This document shows, piece after piece, positions 58,244 to 64,000 of a stretch of DNA of 64,000 bases. The DNA lies in the IMG/VR virus record IMGVR_UViG_3300044640_001495, positions 186,001 to 250,000 of that record; one strand, written 5' to 3'. The translations under genes and the position numbers were made by a program. The notes beneath the pieces were generated by a model. The model was given only the letters and a program-made list of their open reading frames with translations, searched no databases and was not told the origin of the DNA. Positions within the stretch are counted from its first letter, which is position 1. Every line of letters starts with the position of its first letter.

Positions 58244-59482
58244 ATGGCACTACTCACACAATTATTAGGTAATCGCGAGCAGGCCTTCGAAGACAATCTT
58301 GAAAAAGGTAGAATTTGGGTCTATACAGACGGCAATATGTACACCTCATTCTGTAATGGCTTTTGCTGGCGTTCTCCGGGTACAGGATGTATAGTGATCG
58401 AATCCTGGGGTGCTGCTGGTTCAGGAGCACAGATGTGCTGCTGTGGTGCAGGCCTACCAGGAAATGCACCTGCGTACACAAAAAAATGTCTTTGCGTGAT
58501 TGCAGGCAACTATGTCTGCGGCTACATTGGACGTTCATGCAATAACTCATCAGCACTATGCTTTAGAGGTTGTTCAGAAGCCACCTGCGTTTGCTGGTTT
58601 GGATGTTCACCAAAAGCCCTATATGAAGGTGGCTACTATCCAGGTGACAGCGACAGCTTTAAGGGCAACAATCCTTGGGGTTGGGGCTCAGGCGGCGGCG
58701 ATCCATTGAGCTCAAATGAAGGCAACGTAAACTTTCAAAACGGCGGCAATTGCGGTATCACTGGCGGCAACACATTGAACGCTAGTGGCAACGGCAACTG
58801 CTGTTCGTGGACTCAATGTCGTGCAGCAGGTGCAACTAACGGCTGCATATGCGCACAAGGCGGCAAAGGCGGCATATCAATTTGCATAGATTCAATATCT
58901 GCATATACAGTCTTTAGATGTAATTATTTCTGTGGCAGCCCCCTTGGCCCAGGCAACTCGGGTTGTAATACAGGATCACATTGCGGTATGATCTGCAACA
59001 TTTGTCAAACAACGGATGCATCACTAGGATTTATTGGCTGTGGCTACGGTGGCGACGTCAACTGCTGCGGTGGTTGGTCATGCGTATCATTCCAGGGCTG
59101 CTGGCCAATTTGCCCATGTCTAACACAGTATCATGTGCCTGTAGCCGCAAATATTTTTGCAGAAGAAGGCGGACAGTTTTCGTACACAACAAATTCAGAC
59201 GGACAAGGGCCGACTGAATGGTCAGGAGCTCCGACACTCAATCAAATTAATGCCTTGACTACCATGAGTAGACAGCCTGGTCCAAATGCCTACACTACAT
59301 GTTGGCCTGGTGAGCGAGGTTGTGGCTGCTATGAAATGCAGGGCTGCATGAACTTTTTTCCATACGGTGTTCCGGGCGCAGCTCCCCATCCATGTCCAGG
59401 TGTGCGTGATCATGCCAGTCGTGGTGGTATGGGAGCTGTAAGAATTAAATATATTCCAGCAACAGGAGGCACATCGTACTAA
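58244..59482 (+). CDS. Cys/Gly-rich fibre-tip/adhesin-like protein 2
   Basis: Paralogue (IESWGAAGSGAQMCCC...GGMGAVRIKY); about 40 Cys in 412 aa. Confidence 0.7.
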   Translation: MALLTQLLGNREQAFEDNLEKGRIWVYTDGNMYTSFCNGFCWRSPGTGCIVIESWGAAGSGAQMCCCGAGLPGNAPAYTKKCLCVIAGNYVCGYIGRSCNNSSALCFRGCSEATCVCWFGCSPKALYEGGYYPGDSDSFKGNNPWGWGSGGGDPLSSNEGNVNFQNGGNCGITGGNTLNASGNGNCCSWTQCRAAGATNGCICAQGGKGGISICIDSISAYTVFRCNYFCGSPLGPGNSGCNTGSHCGMICNICQTTDASLGFIGCGYGGDVNCCGGWSCVSFQGCWPICPCLTQYHVPVAANIFAEEGGQFSYTTNSDGQGPTEWSGAPTLNQINALTTMSRQPGPNAYTTCWPGERGCGCYEMQGCMNFFPYGVPGAAPHPCPGVRDHASRGGMGAVRIKYIPATGGTSY

Positions 59483-59483
59483 C

Positions 59484-60476
59484 ATGGCAAACTTAAAAAC
59501 ACTTGTAGAAGCCAAACTTGATCAAATAGAGTTTGACGAAACAAATCTAGACAAGGGCAGAGTCTGGGCCTATAGCCCAGGTTCAGAATACACAAACTTT
59601 GTCAACGGATTTTGTTGGATTGCCTGTACCACAGGCAAGGTCATTTTGGATGTGTGGGGCGCTGGCGGCAGTGGTGCTAGAATGTGCTGCTGCGGACACG
59701 GTGTGCCAGGAAATCCAGGTGCATGGTCACGCAAATGTATTTGCGTAATAGCTGGCTGTTATATCTGTGGTCACGTGGGCAAAAGCTGCAACAATGCTGA
59801 TGCACTGTGTTTCCGTGGGTGTTCCGAAGCATCATGTGTGTGCTGGTATGGCAGGAATCCTTCAACTGGCGCTGCCATAAACGGCTGCATGTGTTCACAA
59901 GGTGGACGTGGGGGTACAACCTATTGCAATCCATCGGGCGTAATTTTCTGCTGTTTCATCAGCGGCAACTTCTGTAACACCAACTATTCCAACGGTACCT
60001 GCGGCATTATTTGCAATTACGGTTCGGGTACAGGATCATGCTGCGCAGAGTCCTACGGCGGCGATATAAATAAACGCGGTGGATTTAGCTGTGTGACATT
60101 CTGGACCTGTTATTCAAACTGCCCATGTTCAACACACTATCACACAGCCATTCCTCCAGGCATGTTTGCCTGTGATGGCGGCGTAGTCAGTACAGGTATG
60201 GATGACAACAACGGATTTTCCAACTGGTCAGGAATGGGATTCCATCAGTTCAGCCAAGGTATCAATGCCATGAGCCGCTCACCAAATCGAGGAATCCCAT
60301 TTACTGCATGTTGGACCTCCAACAGAGCCTGTGGCTGCTATGACGTACAAGGATGTATGCCATTCTTTCCAGTAGGAGTAGGTGGTTTACCAGCTAATCC
60401 CTGCGGTGATGTTCGTGACAACGGATGGCGCGGCGGCCTAGGATTGGTTAGAATTAATTTTATTGCAAAGGATTAA
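59484..60476 (+). CDS. Cys/Gly-rich fibre-tip/adhesin-like protein 3
   Basis: Paralogue (LDVWGAGGSGARMCCC...GGLGLVRINF); about 34 Cys in 330 aa. Confidence 0.7.
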   Translation: MANLKTLVEAKLDQIEFDETNLDKGRVWAYSPGSEYTNFVNGFCWIACTTGKVILDVWGAGGSGARMCCCGHGVPGNPGAWSRKCICVIAGCYICGHVGKSCNNADALCFRGCSEASCVCWYGRNPSTGAAINGCMCSQGGRGGTTYCNPSGVIFCCFISGNFCNTNYSNGTCGIICNYGSGTGSCCAESYGGDINKRGGFSCVTFWTCYSNCPCSTHYHTAIPPGMFACDGGVVSTGMDDNNGFSNWSGMGFHQFSQGINAMSRSPNRGIPFTACWTSNRACGCYDVQGCMPFFPVGVGGLPANPCGDVRDNGWRGGLGLVRINFIAKD

Positions 60477-60478
60477 AA

Positions 60479-61123
60479 ATGAGAAAAGCGTTTACAACGG
60501 TTATGCCGGACGAACCATATAAAACAACCACCAAGAAAAATATCACAGTGGATTGCGTTTACATCGGTAAAAGATATCTGCTGGTTAGATTCAACAACGA
60601 TGGCACCATATTTGCCTTGGAAAAACAAGGTGAAACACTGCCGGAAGTTGAGATGTACAAACTCACAGAGCAACAACTGGCAGCAGAAAAACAATTTCAG
60701 ATTGTTATAGATGCAGAAGTCAATACATGGGAAGCTGCACATCTAACACACGATTATGAACACGGAGCAGTAGCTGACCCAACATTTACTCTAGCAGATG
60801 GCAGTACATGGACCTATCACTATGATGATTTTCATGGCGCATTGGATCAACCCTACTATACCAACGACATGAGGTACGATCGTGCTACTAATACTTTGAT
60901 TCGTCCTAGATATCGTACTCATGCGGTAACCAAAGAAACGTTTTGGGCAAACATGAACGATCAACTCAAGGCCTTTGAACTTGCTGCCGGATCAACTAGC
61001 TATCTACCAGAAAGACTAACAGAAATTAGAGCACATAGAGATTGGTTAAAAACTGCTATTACAAAATATGCAGGTGAAGATCACTGGAAAGTTCCGTTCC
61101 CAACTAGTACGCCTTCAATTTAA
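60479..61123 (+). CDS. Hypothetical protein, possible fibre assembly chaperone
   Basis: C-terminal IRAHRDWLK..ITKY....HWKVPFPTSTP resembles the YRQ.LRDLP...WP ends of tail fibre assembly proteins; follows the Cys-rich trio. Confidence 0.5.
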   Translation: MRKAFTTVMPDEPYKTTTKKNITVDCVYIGKRYLLVRFNNDGTIFALEKQGETLPEVEMYKLTEQQLAAEKQFQIVIDAEVNTWEAAHLTHDYEHGAVADPTFTLADGSTWTYHYDDFHGALDQPYYTNDMRYDRATNTLIRPRYRTHAVTKETFWANMNDQLKAFELAAGSTSYLPERLTEIRAHRDWLKTAITKYAGEDHWKVPFPTSTPSI

Positions 61124-61142
61124 ATAAATTAAAAGCCAAGAA

Positions 61143-61199
61143 AGGCCTTGCACTTGTATCCGAGAGGATATATAATCTAAGTGCAAGGCTTATTTTTTT
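61143..61199 (+). promoter_or_regulatory. sigma70 promoter (TTGCAC-17-TATAAT) embedded in a terminator-like inverted repeat
   Basis: -35 at 61148-61153, -10 at 61171-61176; arms GCCTTGCACTT 61145-61155 and AAGTGCAAGGC 61179-61189, followed by a T tract. Confidence 0.7.
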
Positions 61200-61208
61200 G
61201 GAGTTTAA

Positions 61209-62150
61209 ATGTCTAGATCGAAAGCATTTTTTATAAATGGCGGCGCTGGTAGAATGATTAGTTCTGTTCCAGCTTTTGAAAAATACCTAGAGGAATCAGA
61301 TGATAAAGATTTTATCATTGTTTGCGAAGGTGGAACAGATGTCTTTAAAGGACATCCTAAACTAGATGATCGTGCCTACGACATCTGGCACAAGGGTCTT
61401 TTCAAAGACTACTTGAAAAATCGTGAAATTGTCACAACAGAACCCTATAGAGTCTGGGAATACTACAACCAACAATGTTCAATTGCACAGGCCTTTGACA
61501 TACAGGTCAACAACAAAGGACTACGAGAACTGCCAAAACCTACACTTAGGTTGTCCAAAGATGAACTACTGAATGGTAGATCAGTGGTCAGCGAAGTAAA
61601 GAAAAAACTTAAAAAAGAAAAACTAGTGGTATTTCAACCCTATGGCCGAGGTGTTGAATACATTGACGAAACCTTGCTTGACCGCACAGCACGAAGTTTT
61701 GAATTAAAAGACGTAAAAGCCATAGTGAAAAAGCTGCAACAAAATGACTATGCAGTGATAATGATGAGCGAGTTCAAAACAGATCTATCAGATGCTAAAC
61801 TCAAAGAAGAAGTGGCCATGCCTGAAAATGTCAACATGCGAGTTTGGGCAGCAATAATCAAATATGCCGATCATTTCTTGGGTTGCGATAGTTTGGGACA
61901 ACACCTTGCATATTCAATGGAAACTCCATCAACAATTATCACAGGAGCCACATATCCTATAAATGTGTCTTATCCGGATTGCGAGTATTTTGAAATACTA
62001 GACATGGGCGAAATACATAGAGAATACGATCCTATCAGAATTTTACCTGATGAGCGAGTGAACAGAATAAATGAAAATATCATGTCAATGACAGACGACA
62101 TAACTACACTAGTAGTAAATCACGTATTAGGAAAAAAAGATGACAGTTAA
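61209..62150 (+). CDS. Glycosyltransferase, GT-B fold, family 9 (heptosyltransferase)-like
   Basis: FFINGGAGRMISSVPA N-terminal motif, VVFQPYG, WAAIIKYADHFLGCDSLGQHLA. Confidence 0.7.
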   Translation: MSRSKAFFINGGAGRMISSVPAFEKYLEESDDKDFIIVCEGGTDVFKGHPKLDDRAYDIWHKGLFKDYLKNREIVTTEPYRVWEYYNQQCSIAQAFDIQVNNKGLRELPKPTLRLSKDELLNGRSVVSEVKKKLKKEKLVVFQPYGRGVEYIDETLLDRTARSFELKDVKAIVKKLQQNDYAVIMMSEFKTDLSDAKLKEEVAMPENVNMRVWAAIIKYADHFLGCDSLGQHLAYSMETPSTIITGATYPINVSYPDCEYFEILDMGEIHREYDPIRILPDERVNRINENIMSMTDDITTLVVNHVLGKKDDS

Positions 62151-63969
62151 AACCATATCAGCAAAAAAATCAAATAAACCCGTGTGGGTCGCAGCCATTG
62201 CTCGCGGACATAATGCAGGCATCTGTCTACTAAAAGACGGAGAGATTGTATTTTCTATCGAAGAAGAAAGATTGAGTCGTCAAAAGTATGACGGCGGTCC
62301 GCTTGCGTCAATGGTTAAGATTTTAGAATACACAGATAAGCTAGACTTTTTGGTTGTAGCACATACACAGAGTCTTGCAGATTCTTCGGGAAAAATTGAT
62401 TATACCGGCGACGATATGTACACTGGCCTAGCTCGAAAGTTAGGACTAATTGATAGAAAAGTAGCTAACCTACACAAACATCCTCAGGTGATTGATCTCA
62501 GTTTCATGCATCACAAGCTGCATGCTGCCTGCGCATTTTATCGTTCAGGTTGGGAAGATGCAGTTTCTTTGATTGTTGATGGTGCAGGCACATTCTATCA
62601 AATGAGTTACAACGACCAACCACTGTGGGTATGGGAAGTTGAGTCTATTGTTGATTGTGCATATCCTGCAGATTTCAAAACTCTTTACAAAAATTACGGT
62701 GCAAGAGATCCTATTGTTGGAACATTTCAAGCTGAATTTCCTTCTGCAAATTTAGGCGAGGATGGCGAAACACACGAAGCATGGGTTAGTGATCGTGCAG
62801 GCATTGTCAAGGCCTACGAGGGAGTAACTGAATATTGTGGATTCTCAGCTATTGAAGCTGGAAAGACTATGGGATTATTTCCATACGGAAAAGCCAACAA
62901 TAAAATTCCTCCGTTGTTTGATACAACATCTAAAATTCCGTTAACAAATAGAAACTTATTGGTGCCAAAATATCCAATGAGTAGCATGGTTAATTCACAA
63001 CTATTTGATTATATTGACGAATTTCCTGAAGATCCTAAAGGTGATGTTACCTACATGGACAATCGTAGAGATATGGCCTATGCTGTTCAGACACAGACGC
63101 AAGAACAGGTGGTAAGACTAATCAAATTAGCCGCAGAAAAAAGTGGAAAGAATCGTGTTGTTATTTCCGGAGGCTATGGATTAAACTGTGTTGCTAACTA
63201 TCATTATCTAGAAGAATTAAAAGATAGCGGCATTGAAATTTATGTTGAACCTATCAGCAATGATGCAGGTACAGCAATGGGCGCAGGTCTGCTGTTCTAT
63301 CATGGCATGTATGACGATACTACCATACGTAAATACGATACTTTGTATTATGGCCCTGTACACACTTATACCAGTGAAGAAATTGCTGCAAAGGCAGAAG
63401 CTGCTAATGCAGAAGTTACAGATGCTACAGCTAAAGACATTGTCAAGCTGTTACGTGAAAAAAACATTGTGACTATCTTCCAAGGACGTTCAGAAAACGG
63501 ACCACGTGCCCTAGGCAATCGTTCAGTGCTGTTTGATCCAACATTTGAAGACGGCAAAGACTATGTGAATGCAGTCAAGCATCGTGAATACTTCCGCCCA
63601 TTTGCGGGAAGTATTCTAGAAGAAGATGTACACGAGTGGTTTGATTTACGTGGAATGAAAAACAGTCCATTCATGATGTACGCTGTAAACTGCCAGCCAG
63701 GAGTTGAAGAAAAGATTCCAAGCATTATTCACGAAGATCATACCTGCCGTATTCAAACAGTTAATCCTGAGCAGAACAAGCACTACTATGATTTGATCAA
63801 AGCATTCAAAGATGAAACAGGCGTTCCTATCCTGTTTAATACCAGCTTTAATCTAGGTGGCGAACCCCTAGTAGAAACACTAGATGATGCTATTTGGACA
63901 TTACAAAAGTCAGAAATTGAATACCTGTACTTGCCCGAGTACAGTAAACTAATTAAAATTGCCAACTAA
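62140..63969 (+). CDS. O-carbamoyltransferase (CmcH/NodU/TobZ family)
   Basis: EEERLSRQK, HHKLHA, VDGAG, GKTMGL, SGGYGLNCVAN, NDAGTAMG, GPRALGNRS, KHREYFRPFA, NTSFNLGGEP. Confidence 0.95.
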   Translation: MTVKTISAKKSNKPVWVAAIARGHNAGICLLKDGEIVFSIEEERLSRQKYDGGPLASMVKILEYTDKLDFLVVAHTQSLADSSGKIDYTGDDMYTGLARKLGLIDRKVANLHKHPQVIDLSFMHHKLHAACAFYRSGWEDAVSLIVDGAGTFYQMSYNDQPLWVWEVESIVDCAYPADFKTLYKNYGARDPIVGTFQAEFPSANLGEDGETHEAWVSDRAGIVKAYEGVTEYCGFSAIEAGKTMGLFPYGKANNKIPPLFDTTSKIPLTNRNLLVPKYPMSSMVNSQLFDYIDEFPEDPKGDVTYMDNRRDMAYAVQTQTQEQVVRLIKLAAEKSGKNRVVISGGYGLNCVANYHYLEELKDSGIEIYVEPISNDAGTAMGAGLLFYHGMYDDTTIRKYDTLYYGPVHTYTSEEIAAKAEAANAEVTDATAKDIVKLLREKNIVTIFQGRSENGPRALGNRSVLFDPTFEDGKDYVNAVKHREYFRPFAGSILEEDVHEWFDLRGMKNSPFMMYAVNCQPGVEEKIPSIIHEDHTCRIQTVNPEQNKHYYDLIKAFKDETGVPILFNTSFNLGGEPLVETLDDAIWTLQKSEIEYLYLPEYSKLIKIAN

Positions 63970-63991
63970 AAAAGCCCGCAAGGGCTTTTTT
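63968..63991 (+). terminator. Intrinsic terminator
   Basis: AAAAAAGCCC-GCAA-GGGCTTTTTT. Confidence 0.9.
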
Positions 63992-64000
63992 GTTTTATGA

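Noticed and set aside
57374-59934. Overlapping alternative-frame ORFs within the Cys-rich genes
   Set aside because: No SD or start context and not conserved between the three paralogues
57214-60476. Diversity-generating retroelement targeting the Cys-rich paralogues
   Set aside because: No reverse transcriptase in the window and no near-identical template/variable repeat pair differing at adenines was seen
1-64000. Stop-codon reassignment (none of the called genes ends in TAG)
   Set aside because: All core genes are intact in the standard code with no in-frame TAG or TGA breaks; TAG avoidance alone is common in AT-rich phages

Overview
This window is 64 kb of a large T4-like (Tevenvirinae-related, probably jumbo) myophage genome, covering most of the virion morphogenesis region. 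Positions 1-17.5 kb (minus strand) are a baseplate operon: gp48-like, gp53, hub, gp5-like spike without lysozyme, gp25, gp6, and a >2,650-aa protein that runs off the left edge and is missing from the ORF track. The plus strand then carries a gp55 late sigma factor with a large insertion, gp47/gp46 (Mre11/Rad50), an Hc1-like small basic protein, a minimal GIY-YIG nuclease followed by about 520 nt of strongly structured non-coding sequence, and two probable internal head proteins. A minus-strand gp26-like gene has a clear -1 frameshift signal into a gp51-like ORF and lies back-to-back with the tape measure gene, which carries a C-terminal VgrG3-like muramidase. The head module follows (portal, a Maf/DUF115-like transferase, prohead core, protease, scaffold, major capsid). 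After it comes a long array of fibre/appendage genes: two giant paralogues of 1,845 and 2,786 aa, three small paralogous adaptor-like proteins and three Cys/Gly-rich paralogues. The window ends with a sigma70-driven GT9-like glycosyltransferase plus carbamoyltransferase operon. Late promoters have a TAAATA core. I found no tRNA, CRISPR array or reverse transcriptase. Best leads: the GIY-YIG-adjacent large structured RNA, the gp26/gp51 programmed frameshift, the Cys-rich trio with adjacent modifying enzymes, phycobiliprotein-like CxRD repeats in a giant fibre, and two structured late leaders. All family assignments come from motif recognition by eye, not from database searches.
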